This document shows, one piece after another, positions 1-15,000 of a stretch of DNA of 64,000 nucleotides. Each line of letters opens with the position of its first letter. The first letter of the stretch is position 1. The notes under the pieces are model-generated. The model had not been told where the DNA came from, searched no databases, and saw only the letters and a list, made by a program, of their open reading frames with translations. The stretch is from Eledone cirrhosa (lineage: Eukaryota), in assembly GCA_964016885.1 (NCBI GenBank), contig OZ024741.1:371814001-371878000 (forward strand). Reading direction: 5' to 3'. The translations under genes and the position numbers were made by a program.

Positions 1-3000
1 ACAACTGTATAGTGGACAACGTTATTAGGAGTCTGACAACTGTATAGTGGACAACGTTGTTAGGAGTCTGACAACTGTATAGTGGACAACGTTGTTAGGA
101 GCCTAACAATTGTATAGTGGAGATCGTTGTTAGGAGACTAACAACTGTATAGTGGACAACGTTGTTAGGATTCTGACAACTGTATAGTGGACAACGTTAT
201 TAGGAGTCTAACAACTGTATAGTGGACAACGTTGTTACGAGCCTAACAACTGTATAGTGGAGATCGTTGTTAGGAGTCTAACAACTGTATAGTGGACAAC
301 GTTATTAGGAGTCTCACAACTGTATAGTGGACAACGTTATTAGGAGTCTAACAACGGATTAGTGAACAACGTTATTGGGAGTCTAACAACTGTATAGTGG
401 ACAACGTTATTTGGAGTCTAACAACTTTATAGTGGACAACGTTATTAGGAGTCTGACAACTGTATAGTGGACAACGTTATTAGGAGTCTGACAACTGTAG
501 ATTAGACAACGTTGTTAGGAGTCTAACAACTGTATAGTGGACAACGTTGTTAGGAGTCTGACAACTGTATAGTGGACAACGTTGTTAGGAGTCTAACAAC
601 TGTATAGTGGACTACGTTATTAGGAGTGTGACAACTGTATAGTGGACAACGTTATTACGAGTCGAACAACTGTATAGTGGACAACGTTATTAGGAGTCTG
701 AAAACTGTATAGTGGACAACGTTATTAGGAGTCTGACAACTGTATAGTGGATCACGTTATTAGGAGTCTAACAACTGGGGAGTGGACAACGTTATTAGGA
801 GTCTAACACCTGTATAGTGGACAACGTTATTAGGAGTCTGACAACGGTATAGTGGACAACGTTATTAGGTGTCTAACAACTGTATAGTTGACACCGTTAT
901 TAGGAGTCTAACAACTGTATAGTGGACAACGTTATTAGGAGTCTAACAACGAACTAGTGGACAACGTTATTAGGAGTCTAACAACTGTGTAGTGGACAAC
1001 GTTATTAGGAGTCTGACAACTGTATAGTGAACAACGTTGTTAGGAGTGTAACAACTGTATAGTGGGCAACGTTATTAGGAGTCTAACAACGGTATAGTGG
1101 ACAACGTTATTAGGTGTCTAACAACTGTATAGTGAACAACGTTGTTAGGAGTGTAACAACTGTATAGTGGGCAACGTTATTAGGAGTCTAACAACTGTAT
1201 AGTGGACAACGTTATTAGGAGTCTAACAACTGTATAGTGGACAACGTTATTAGGAGTCTAACAACTGCATAGTGGACAACGTTGTTAGGAGTCTAACAAC
1301 TGAATAGTGGACAACGTTATTAGGAGTCTAACAACTGTATAGTGGACAACGTTATTAGGAGTCTGACAACTGCATAGTGGACAACGTTGTTAGGAGTCTA
1401 ACAACTGAATAGTGGACAACGTTATTAGGAGTCTAACAACTGTGTAGTGGACAACGTTATTAGGAGTCTAACAACTGTATAGTGGACAACGTTATTAGGA
1501 GTCTGACAACTGTATAGTGGACAACGTTGTTAGGAGTCTGACAACTGTATAGTGGACAACGTTATTAGGAGTCTGACAACTGTATAGTGGACAACGTTGT
1601 TAGGAGTCTGACAACTGTATAGTGGACAACGTTATTAGGAGTCTGACAACTGTATAGTGGACAACGTTATTAGGAGTCTGACAACTGTATGGTGGACAAC
1701 GTTATTAGGAGTCTGACAACTGTATAGTGGACAACGTTGTTCGGAGTCTAACAACTGTATAGTGGACAACGTTATTAGGAGTCTAACAACTGTATAGTGG
1801 ACAACGTTATTAGGAGTCTGACAACTGTATAGTGGACAACTTTCTTAGGAGTCTGACAACTGTATAGTGGACAACGTTATTAGGAGCCTAACAACTGTAT
1901 AGTGGATAACGTTGTTAGGAGTCTAACAACTGTAGAGTGGACCACGCTGTTAGGTGTCTAACAACGGTATAGAGGACAACGTTGTTAGGAGCCTAACAAC
2001 TGTATAGTGGAGATCGTTGTTCGGTGACTAACAACTGTATAGTGGACAACGTTGTTAGGAGTCTGACAACTGTATAGTGGACAACGTTATTAGGAGTCTA
2101 ACAACTGTATAGTGGACAACGTTGTTAGGAGCCTAACAACTGTATAGTGGAGATCGTTGTCAGGAGTCTAACGACTGTATAGTGGACAACGTTGTTAGGA
2201 GTCTGACAACGGTATAGTGGACAACGTTATTAGATGTCTAACAACTGTATAGTGGACAACGTTATTAGGAGTCTAACAACGGTATAGTGGACAACCTTAT
2301 TAGGTGTCTAACAACTGTATAGTGGACAACGTTATTAGGAGTCTAACAACGGACTAGTGGACAACGTTATTAGGAGTCTAACAACTGTATAGTGAACAAC
2401 GTTGTTAGGAGTGTAACAACTGTATAGTGGGCAACGTTATTAGGAGTCTAACATCTGTATAGTGGACAACGTTATTAGGAGTCTAACAACTGTATAGTGG
2501 ACAATGTTATTAGGGGTCTAACAACTGTATAGTGGACAACGTTATTAGGAGTCTGACAACTGTATAGTGGACAACGTTATTAGGAGTCTGACAACTGTAT
2601 AGTGGACAACGTTGTTAGGAGTCTAACAACTGAATAGTGGACAACGTTATTAGGAGTCTAACAACTGAATAGTGGACAACGTTATTAGGAGTCTAACAAC
2701 TGTGTAGTGGACAACGTTATTAGGAGTCTAACAACTGTATAGTGGACAACGTTATTAGGAGTCTGACAACTGTATAGTGGACAACGTTGTTAGGAGACTG
2801 ACAATTGTATAGTGGACAACGTTGTTAGGAGCCTAACAATTGTATAGTGGAGATCGTTGTTAGGAGACTAACAACTGTATAGTGGACAACGTTGTTAGGA
2901 TTCTGACAACTGTATAGTGGACAACGTTATTAGGAGTCTAACAACTGTATAGTGGACAACGTTGTTACGAGCCTAACAACTGTATAGTGGAGATCGTTGT

Positions 3001-6000
3001 TAGGAGTCTAACAACTGTATAGTGGACAACGTTATTAGGAGTCTCACAACTGTATAGTGGACAACGTTATTAGGAGTCTAACAACGGATTAGTGAACAAC
3101 GTTATTGGGAGTCTAACAACTGTATAGTGGGCAACGTTATTAGTAGTCTAACAACTGTATAGTGGACAACGTTATTAGGAGTCTGACAACTGTATAGTGG
3201 ACAACGTTATTAGGAGTCTGACAACTGTATAGTGGACAACGTTGTTAGGAGTCTGACAACTGTATAGTGGGCAACATTATTAGGAGTCTCACAACTGTCT
3301 AGTGGACAACATTATTAGGAGTCTGACAACTGTATAGTGGCCAACGTTATTAGGAATCTAACAATTGTATAGTGGACAACGTTATTAGGAGTCTGTCAAC
3401 CGTATAGTGGATAGCGTTATTAGGAGTCTAACAATGTATAGTGGACAACGTTATTAGGAGTCTAACAACTGTATAGTGGACAACGTTATTAGGAGTCTAA
3501 CAACTGTATAGTGGACAACGTTATTAGGAATCTGACTACTGTATAGTGGACAACGTTATTAGGAGTCTGACAACTGTATAGTGGACAACGTTGTTAGGAG
3601 TCTAACAACTGAATAGTGGACAACGTTATTAGGAGTCTAACAACTGTGTAGTGGACAACGTTATTAGGAGTCTAACAACTGTATAGTGGACAACGTTATT
3701 AGGAGTCTGACAACTGTCTAGTGGACAACGTTGTTAGGAGGACACTGACAACTGTATAGTGGACAACGTTAGTAGGAGTCTAACAACTGTATAGTGGACA
3801 ACGTTATTAGGAGTCTGACAACTGTATAGTGGACAACGTTATTAGGAGCCTAACAACTGTATAGTTTGATAACGTTGTTAGGAGTCTAACAACTGTAGAG
3901 TGGACCACGCTGTTAGGTGTCTAACAACTGTATAGTGGACAACGTTGTTAGGAGCCTAACAACTGTATAGTGGAGATCGTTGTTAGGAGACTAACAACTG
4001 TATAGTGGACAACGTTGTTAGGAGTCTGACAACTGTATAGTGGACAACGTTATTAGGAGTCTAACAACTGTATAGTGGACAACGTTGTTCGGAGTCTAAC
4101 AACTGTATAGTGGACAACGTTATTAGGAGTCTAACAACTGTATAGTGGACAACGTTATTAGGAGTCTGACAACTGTATAGTGGACAACTTTCTTAGGAGT
4201 CTGACAACTGTATAGTGGACAACGTTATTAGGAGCCTAACAACTGTATAGTGGATAACGTTGTTAGGAGTCTAACAACTGTAGAGTGGACCACGCTGTTA
4301 GGTGTCTAACAACGGTATAGAGGACAACGTTGTTAGGAGCCTAACAACTGTATAGTGGAGATCGTTGTTCGGTGACTAACAACTGTATAGTGGACAACGT
4401 TGTTAGGAGTCTGACAACTGTATAGTGGACAACGTTATTAGGAGTCTAACAACTGTATAGTGGACAACGTTGTTAGGAGCCTAACAACTGTATAGTGGAG
4501 ATCGTTGTCAGGAGTCTAACGACTGTATAGTGGACAACGTTGTTAGGAGTCTGACAACGGTATAGTGGACAACGTTATTAGATGTCTAACAACTGTATAG
4601 TGGACAACGTTATTAGGAGTCTAACAACGGTATAGTGGACAACGTTATTAGGTGTCTAACAACTGTATAGTGGACAACGTTATTAGGAGTCTAACAACGG
4701 ACTAGTGGACAACGTTATTAGGAGTCTAACAACTGTATAGTGAACAACGTTGTTAGGAGTGTAACAACTGTATAGTGGGCAACGTTATTAGGAGTCTAAC
4801 ATCTGTATAGTGGACAACGTTATTAGGAGTCTAACAACTGTATAGTGGACAACGTTATTAGGGGTCTAACAACTGTATAGTGGACAACGTTATTAGGAGT
4901 CTGACAACTGTATAGTGGACAACGTTATTAGGAGTCTGACAACTGTAGATTAGACAACGTTGTTAGGAGTCTAACAACTGTATAGTGGACAACGTTGTTA
5001 GGAGTCTGACAACTGTATAGTGGACAACGTTGTTAGGAGTCTAACAACTGTATAGTGGACTACGTTATTAGGAGTGTGACAACTGTATAGTGGACAACGT
5101 TATTACGAGTCGAACAACTGTATAGTGGACAACGTTATTAGGAGTCTGAAAACTGTATAGTGGACAACGTTATTAGGAGTCTGACAACTGTATAGTGGAT
5201 CACGTTATTAGGAGTCTAACAACTGGGGAGTGGACAACGTTATTAGGAGTCTAACACCTGTATAGTGGACAACGTTATTAGGAGTCTGACAACGGTATAG
5301 TGGACAACGTTATTAGGTGTCTAACAACTGTATAGTGGACAACGTTATTAGGAGTCTAACAACTGTATAGTGGACAACGTTATTAGGAGTCTAACAACGA
5401 ACTAGTGGACAACGTTATTAGGAGTCTAACAACTGTGTAGTGGACAACGTTATTAGGAGTCTGACAACTGTATAGTGAACAACGTTGTTAGGAGTGTAAC
5501 AACTGTATAGTGGGCAACGTTATTAGGAGTCTAACAACGGTATAGTGTACAACGTTATTAGGTGTCTAACAACTGTATAGTGAACAACGTTGTTAGGAGT
5601 GTAACAACTGTATAGTGGGCAACGTTATTAGGAGTCTAACAACTGTATAGTGGACAACGTTATTAGGAGTCTAACAACTGTATAGTGGACAACGTTATTA
5701 GGAGTCTAACAACTGCATAGTGGACAACGTTGTTAGGAGTCTAACAACTGAATAGTGGACAACGTTATTAGGAGTCTAACAACTGTATAGTGGACAACGT
5801 TATTAGGAGTCTGACAACTGCATAGTGGACAACGTTGTTAGGAGTCTAACAACTGAATAGTGGACAACGTTATTAGGAGTCTAACAACTGTGTAGTGGAC
5901 AACGTTATTAGGAGTCTAACAACTGTATAGTGGACAACGTTATTAGGAGTCTGACAACTGTATAGTGGACAACGTTGTTAGGAGTCTGACAACTGTATAG

Positions 6001-9000
6001 TGGACAACGTTATTAGGAGTCTGACAACTGTATAGTGGACAACGTTGTTAGGAGTCTGACAACTGTATAGTGGACAACGTTATTAGGAGTCTGACAACTG
6101 TATAGTGGACAACGTTATTAGGAGTCTGACAACTGTATAGTGGACAACGTTATTAGGAGTCTGACAACTGTATAGTGGACAACGTTATTAGGAGTCTGAC
6201 AACTGTATAGTGGACAACGTTGTTCGGAGTCTAACAACTGTATAGTGGACAACGTTATTAGGAGTCTAACAACTGTATAGTGGACAACGTTATTAGGAGT
6301 CTGACAACTGTATAGTGGACAACTTTCTTAGGAGTCTGACAACTGTATAGTGGACAACGTTATTAGGAGCCTAACAACTGTATAGTGGATAACGTTGTTA
6401 GGAGTCTAACAACTGTAGAGTGGACCACGCTGTTAGGTGTCTAACAACGGTATAGAGGACAACGTTGTTAGGAGCCTAACAACTGTATAGTGGAGATCGT
6501 TGTTCGGTGACTAACAACTGTATAGTGGACAACGTTGTTAGGAGTCTGACAACTGTATAGTGGACAACGTTATTAGGAGTCTAACAACTGTATAGTGGAC
6601 AACGTTATTAGGAGTCTAACAACGGTATAGTGGACAACGTTATTAGGTGTCTAACAACTGTATAGTGGACAACGTTATTAGGAGTCTAACAACGGACTAG
6701 TGGACAACGTTATTAGGAGTCTAACAACTGTATAGTGAACAACGTTGTTAGGAGTGTAACAACTGTATAGTGGGCAACGTTATTAGGAGTCTAACAACTG
6801 TATAGTGGACAATGTTATTAGGGGTCTAACAACTGTATAGTGGACAACGTTATTAGGAGTCTGACAACTGTATAGTGGACAACGTTATTAGGAGTCTGAC
6901 AACTGTATAGTGGACAACGTTGTTAGGAGTCTAACAACTGAATAGTGGACAACGTTATTAGGAGTCTAACAACTGAATAGTGGACAACGTTATTAGGAGT
7001 CTAACAACTGTGTAGTGGACAACGTTATTAGGAGTCTAACAACTGTATAGTGGACAACGTTATTAGGAGTCTGACAACTGTATAGTGGACAACGTTGTTA
7101 GGAGTCTGACAACTGTATAGTGGACAACGTTGTTAGGAGCCTAACAATTGTATAGTGGAGATCGTTGTTAGGAGACTAACAACTGTATAGTGGACAACGT
7201 TGTTAGGATTCTGACAACTGTATAGTGGACAACGTTATTAGGAGTCTAACAACTGTATAGTGGACAACGTTGTTACGAGCCTAACAACTGTATAGTGGAG
7301 ATCGTTGTTAGGAGTCTAACAACTGTATAGTGGACAACGTTATTAGGAGTCTCACAACTGTATAGTGGACAACGTTATTAGGAGTCTAACAACGGATTAG
7401 TGAACAACGTTATTGGGAGTCTAACAACTGTATAGTGGACAACGTTATTTGGAGTCTAACAACTTTATAGTGGACAACGTTATTAGGAGTCTGACAACTG
7501 TATAGTGGACAACGTTATTAGGAGTCTGACAACTGTAGATTAGACAACGTTGTTAGGAGTCTAACAACTGTATAGTGGACAACGTTGTTAGGAGTCTGAC
7601 AACTGTATAGTGGACAACGTTGTTAGGAGTCTAACAACTGTATAGTGGACTACGTTATTAGGAGTGTGACAACTGTATAGTGGACAACGTTATTACGAGT
7701 CGAACAACTGTATAGTGGACAACGTTATTAGGAGTCTGAAAACTGTATAGTGGACAACGTTATTAGGAGTCTGACAACTGTATAGTGGATCACGTTATTA
7801 GGAGTCTAACAACTGGGGAGTGGACAACGTTATTAGGAGTCTAACACCTGTATAGTGGACAACGTTATTAGGAGTCTGACAACGGTATAGTGGACAACGT
7901 TATTAGGTGTCTAACAACTGTATAGTTGACACCGTTATTAGGAGTCTAACAACTGTATAGTGGACAACGTTATTAGGAGTCTAACAACGAACTAGTGGAC
8001 AACGTTATTAGGAGTCTAAAAACTGTGTAGTGGACAACGTTATTAGGAGTCTGACAACTGTATAGTGAACAACGTTGTTAGGAGTGTAACAACTGTATAG
8101 TGGGCAACGTTATTAGGAGTCTAACAACGGTATAGTGGACAACGTTATTAGGTGTCTAACAACTGTATAGTGAACAACGTTGTTAGGAGTGTAACAACTG
8201 TATAGTGGGCAACGTTATTAGGAGTCTAACAACTGTATAGTGGACAACGTTATTAGGAGTCTAACAACTGTATAGTGGACAACGTTATTAGGAGTCTAAC
8301 AACTGCATAGTGGACAACGTTGTTAGGAGTCTAACAACTGAATAGTGGACAACGTTATTAGGAGTCTAACAACGGTATAGTGGACAACGTTATTAGGAGT
8401 CTGACAACTGCATAGTGGACAACGTTGTTAGGAGTCTAACAACTGAATAGTGGACAACGTTATTAGGAGTCTAACAACTGTGTAGTGGACAACGTTATTA
8501 GGAGTCTAACAACTGTATAGTGGACAACGTTATTAGGAGTCTGACAACTGTATAGTGGACAACGTTGTTAGGAGTCTGACAACTGTATAGTGGACAACGT
8601 TATTAGGAGTGTGACAACTGTATAGTGGACAACGTTGTTAGGAGTCTGACAACTGTATAGTGGTCAACGTTATTAGGAGTCTGACAACTGTATAGTGGAC
8701 AACGTTATTAGGAGTCTGACAACTGTATAGTGGACAACGTTATTAGGAGTCTGACAACTGTATAGTGGACAACGTTGTTCGGAGTCTAACAACTGTATAG
8801 TGGACAACGTTATTAGGAGTCTAACAACTGTATAGTGGACAACGTTATTAGGAGTCTGACAACTGTATAGTGGACAACTTTCTTAGGAGTCTGACAACTG
8901 TATAGTGGACAACGTTATTAGGAGCCTAACAACTGTATAGTGGATAACGTTGTTAGGAGTCTAACAACTGTAGAGTGGACCACGCTGTTAGGTGTCTAAC

Positions 9001-12000
9001 AACGGTATAGAGGACAACGTTGTTAGGAGCCTAACAACTGTATAGTGGAGATCGTTGTTCGGTGACTAACAACTGTATGGTGGACAACGTTGTTAGGAGT
9101 CTGACAACTGTATAGTGGACAACGTTATTAGGAGTCTAACAACTGTATAGTGGACAACGTTATTAGGAGTCTGACAACTGTATAGTGGACAACGTTGTTA
9201 GGAGTCTAACAACTGAATAGTGGACAACGTTATTAGGAGTCTAACAACTGAATAGTGGACAACGTTATTAGGAGTCTAACAACTGTGTAGTGGACAACGT
9301 TATTAGGAGTCTAACAACTGTATAGTGGACAACGTTATTAGGAGTCTGACAACGGTATAATGGACAACGTTATTAGGTGTCTAACAACTGTATAGTTGAC
9401 ACCGTTATTAGGAGTCTAACAACTGTATAGTGGACAACGTTATTAGGAGTCTAACAACGAACTAGTGGACAACGTTATTAGGAGTCTAACAACTGTGTAG
9501 TGGACAACGTTATTAGGAGTCTGACAACTGTATAGTGAACAACGTTGTTAGGAGTGTAACAACTGTATAGTGGGCAACGTTATTAGGAGTCTAACAACTG
9601 TGTAGTGGACAACGTTATTAGGAGTCTAACAACTGTATAGTGGACAACGTTATTAGGAGTCTGACAACTGTATAGTGGACAACGTTGTTAGGAGTCTGAC
9701 AACTGTATAGTGGACAACGTTGTTAGGAGCCTAACAATTGTATAGTTGAGATCGTTGTTAGGAGACTAACAACTGTATAGTGGACAACGTTGTTAGGATT
9801 CTGACAACTGTATAGTGGACAACGTTATTAGGAGTCTAACAACTGTATAGTGGACAACGTTGTTACGAGCCTAACAACTGTATAGTGGAGATCGTTGTTA
9901 GGAGTCTAACAACTGTATAGTGGACAACGTTATTAGGAGTCTCACAACTGTATAGTGGACAACGTTATTAGGAGTCTAACAACGGATTAGTGAACAACGT
10001 TATTGGGAGTCTAACAACTGTATAGTGGACAACGTTATTTGGAGTCTAACAACTTTATAGTGGACAACGTTATTAGGAGTCTGACAACTGTATAGTGGAC
10101 AACGTTATTAGGAGTCTGACAACTGTAGATTAGACAACGTTGTTAGGAGTCTAACAACTGTATAGTGGACAACGTTGTTAGGAGTCTGACAACTGTATAG
10201 TGGACAACGTTGTTAGGAGTCTAACAACTGTATAGTGGACTACGTTATTAGGAGTGTGACAACTGTATAGTGGACAACGTTATTACGAGTCGAACAACTG
10301 TATAGTGGACAACGTTATTAGGAGTCTGAAAACTGTATAGTGGACAACGTTATTAGGAGTCTGACAACTGTATAGTGGATCACGTTATTAGGAGTCTAAC
10401 AACTGGGGAGTGGACAACGTTATTAGGAGTCTAACACCTGTATAGTGGACAACGTTATTAGGAGTCTGACAACGGTATAGTGGACAACGTTATTAGGTGT
10501 CTAACAACTGTATAGTTGACACCGTTATTAGGAGTCTAACAACTGTATAGTGGACAACGTTATTAGGAGTCTAACAACGAACTAGTGGACAACGTTATTA
10601 GGAGTCTAACAACTGTGTAGTGGACAACGTTATTAGGAGTCTGACAACTGTATAGTGAACAACGTTGTTAGGAGTGTAACAACTGTATAGTGGGCAACGT
10701 TATTAGGAGTCTAACAACGGTATAGTGGACAACGTTATTAGGTGTCTAACAACTGTATAGTGAACAACGTTGTTAGGAGTGTAACAACTGTATAGTGGGC
10801 AACGTTATTAGGAGTCTAACAACTGTATAGTGGACAACGTTATTAGGAGTCTAACAACTGTATAGTGGACAACGTTATTAGGAGTCTAACAACTGCATAG
10901 TGGACAACGTTGTTAGGAGTCTAACAACTGAATAGTGGACAACGTTATTAGGAGTCTAACAACTGTATAGTGGACAACGTTATTAGGAGTCTGACAACTG
11001 CATAGTGGACAACGTTGTTAGGAGTCTAACAACTGAATAGTGGACAACGTTATTAGGAGTCTAACAACTGTGTAGTGGACAACGTTATTAGGAGTCTAAC
11101 AACTGTATAGTGGACAACGTTATTAGGAGTCTGACAACTGTATAGTGGACAACGTTGTTAGGAGTCTGACAACTGTATAGTGGACAACGTTATTAGGAGT
11201 CTGACAACTGTATAGTGGACAACGTTGTTAGGAGTCTGACAACTGTATAGTGGACAACGTTATTAGGAGTCTGACAACTGTATAGTGGACAACGTTATTA
11301 GGAGTCTGACAACTGTATAGTGGACAACGTTATTAGGAGTCTGACAACTGTATAGTGGACAACGTTGTTCGGAGTCTAACAACTGTATAGTGGACAACGT
11401 TATTAGGAGTCTAACAACTGTATAGTGGACAACGTTATTAGGAGTCTGACAACTGTATAGTGGACAACTTTCTTAGGAGTCTGACAACTGTATAGTGGAC
11501 AACGTTATTAGGAGCCTAACAACTGTATAGTGGATAACGTTGTTAGGAGTCTAACAACTGTAGAGTGGACCACGCTGTTAGGTGTCTAACAACGGTATAG
11601 AGGACAACGTTGTTAGGAGCCTAACAACTGTATAGTGGAGATCGTTGTTCGGTGACTAACAACTGTATAGTGGACAACGTTGTTAGGAGTCTGACAACTG
11701 TATAGTGGACAACGTTATTAGGAGTCTAACAACTGTATAGTGGACAACGTTGTTAGGAGCCTAACAACTGTATAGTGGAGATCGTTGTCAGGAGTCTAAC
11801 GACTGTATAGTGGACAACGTTGTTAGGAGTCTGACAACGGTATAGTGGACAACGTTATTAGATGTCTAACAACTGTATAGTGGACAACGTTATTAGGAGT
11901 CTAACAACGGTATAGTGGACAACGTTATTAGGTGTCTAACAACTGTATAGTGGACAACGTTATTAGGAGTCTAACAACGGACTAGTGGACAACGTTATTA

Positions 12001-15000
12001 GGAGTCTAACAACTCTATAGTGAACAACGTTGTTAGGAGTGTAACAACTGTATAGTGGACAACGTTGTTAGGAGACTGACAATTGTATAGTGGACAACGT
12101 TGTTACGAGCCTAACAACTGTATAGTGGAGATCGTTGTTAGGAGTCTAACAACTGTATAGTGGACAACGTTATTAGGAGTCTCACAACTGTATAGTGGAC
12201 AACGTTATTAGGAGTCTAACAACGGATTAGTGAACAACGTTATTGGGAGTCTAACAACTGTATAGTGGGCAACGTTATTAGTAGTCTAACAACTGTATAG
12301 TGGACAACGTTATTAGGAGTCTGACAACTGTATAGTGGACAACGTTATTAGGAGTCTGACAACTGTATAGTGGACAACGTTGTTAGGAGTCTGACAACTG
12401 TATAGTGGGCAACATTATTAGGAGTCTCACAACTGTCTAGTGGACAACATTATTAGGAGTCTGACAACTGTATAGTGGCCAACGTTATTAGGAATCTAAC
12501 AATTGTATAGTGGACAACGTTATTAGGAGTCTGTCAACCGTATAGTGGATAGCGTTATTAGGAGTCTAACAATGTATAGTGGACAACGTTATTAGGAGTC
12601 TAACAACTGTATAGTGGACAACGTTATTAGGAGTCTAACAACTGTATAGTGGACAACGTTATTAGGAATCTGACTACTGTATAGTGGACAACGTTATTAG
12701 GAGTCTGACAACTGTATAGTGGACAACGTTGTTAGGAGTCTAACAACTGAATAGTGGACAACGTTATTAGGAGTCTAACAACTGTGTAGTGGACAACGTT
12801 ATTAGGAGTCTAACAACTGTATAGTGGACAACGTTATTAGGAGTCTGACAACTGTCTAGTGGACAACGTTGTTAGGAGGACACTGACAACTGTATAGTGG
12901 ACAACGTTAGTAGGAGTCTAACAACTGTATAGTGGACAACGTTATTAGGAGTCTAACAACTGTATAGTGGACAACGTTATTAGGAGTCTGACAACTGTAT
13001 AGTGGACAACGTTATTAGGAGCCTAACAACTGTATTGTTTGATAACGTTGTTAGGAGTCTAACAACTGTAGAGTGGACCACGCTGTTAGGTGTCTAACAA
13101 CTGTATAGTGGACAACGTTGTTAGGAGCCTAACAACTGTATAGTGGAGATCGTTGTTAGGAGACTAACAACTGTATAGTGGACAACGTTGTTAGGAGTCT
13201 GACAACTGTATAGTGGACAACGTTATTAGGAGTCTAACAACTGTATAGTGGACAACGTTGTTCGGAGTCTAACAACTGTATAGTGGACAACGTTATTAGG
13301 AGTCTAACAACTGTATAGTGGACAACGTTATTAGGAGTCTGACAACTGTATAGTGGACAACTTTCTTAGGAGTCTGACAACTGTATAGTGGACAACGTTA
13401 TTAGGAGCCTAACAACTGTATAGTGGATAACGTTGTTAGGAGTCTAACAACTGTAGAGTGGACCACGCTGTTAGGTGTCTAACAACGGTATAGAGGACAA
13501 CGTTGTTAGGAGCCTAACAACTGTATAGTGGAGATCGTTGTTCGGTGACTAACAACTGTATAGTGGACAACGTTGTTAGGAGTCTGACAACTGTATAGTG
13601 GACAACGTTATTAGGAGTCTAACAACTGTATAGTGGACAACGTTGTTAGGAGCCTAACAACTGTATAGTGGAGATCGTTGTCAGGAGTCTAACGACTGTA
13701 TAGTGGACAACGTTGTTAGGAGTCTGACAACGGTATAGTGGACAACGTTATTAGATGTCTAACAACTGTATAGTGGACAACGTTATTAGGAGTCTAACAA
13801 CGGTATAGTGGACAACGTTATTAGGTGTCTAACAACTGTATAGTGGACAACGTTATTAGGAGTCTAACAACGGACTAGTGGACAACGTTATTAGGAGTCT
13901 AACAACTGTATAGTGAACAACGTTGTTAGGAGTGTAACAACTGTATAGTGGGCAACGTTATTAGGAGTCTAACATCTGTATAGTGGACAACGTTATTAGG
14001 AGTCTAACATCTGTATAGTGGACAACGTTATTAGGAGTCTAACAACTGAATAGTGGACAACGTTATTAGGAGTCTAACAACTGAATAGTGGACAACGTTA
14101 TTAGGAGTCTAACAACTGTGTAGTGGACAACGTTATTAGGAGTCTAACAACTGTATAGTGGACAACGTTATTAGGAGTCTGACAACTGTATAGTGGACAA
14201 CGTTGTTAGGAGTCTGACAACTGTATAGTGGACAACGTTGTTAGGAGCCTAACAATTGTATAGTGGAGATCGTTGTTAGGAGACTAACAACTGTATAGTG
14301 GACAACGTTGTTAGGATTCTGACAACTGTATAGTGGACAACGTTATTAGGAGTCTAACAACTGTATAGTGGACAACGTTGTTACGAGCCTAACAACTGTA
14401 TAGTGGAGATCGTTGTTAGGAGTCTAACAACTGTATAGTGGACAACGTTATCAGGAGTCTCACAACTGTATAGTGGACAACGTTATTAGGAGTCTAACAA
14501 CGGATTAGTGAACAACGTTATTGGGAGTCTAACAACTGTATAGTGGACAACGTTATTTGGAGTCTAACAACTTTATAGTGGACAACGTTATTAGGAGTCT
14601 GACAACTGTATAGTGGACAACGTTATTAGGAGTCTGACAACTGTAGATTAGACAACGTTGTTAGGAGTCTAACAACTGTATAGTGGACAACGTTGTTAGG
14701 AGTCTGACAACTGTATAGTGGACAACGTTGTTAGGAGTCTAACAACTGTATAGTGGACTACGTTATTAGGAGTGTGACAACTGTATAGTGGACAACGTTA
14801 TTACGAGTCGAACAACTGTATAGTGGACAACGTTATTAGGAGTCTGAAAACTGTATAGTGGACAACGTTATTAGGAGTCTGACAACTGTATAGTGGATCA
14901 CGTTATTAGGAGTCTAAAAACTGGGGAGTGGACAACGTTATTAGGAGTCTAACACCTGTATAGTGGACAACGTTATTAGGAGTCTGACAACGGTATAGTG

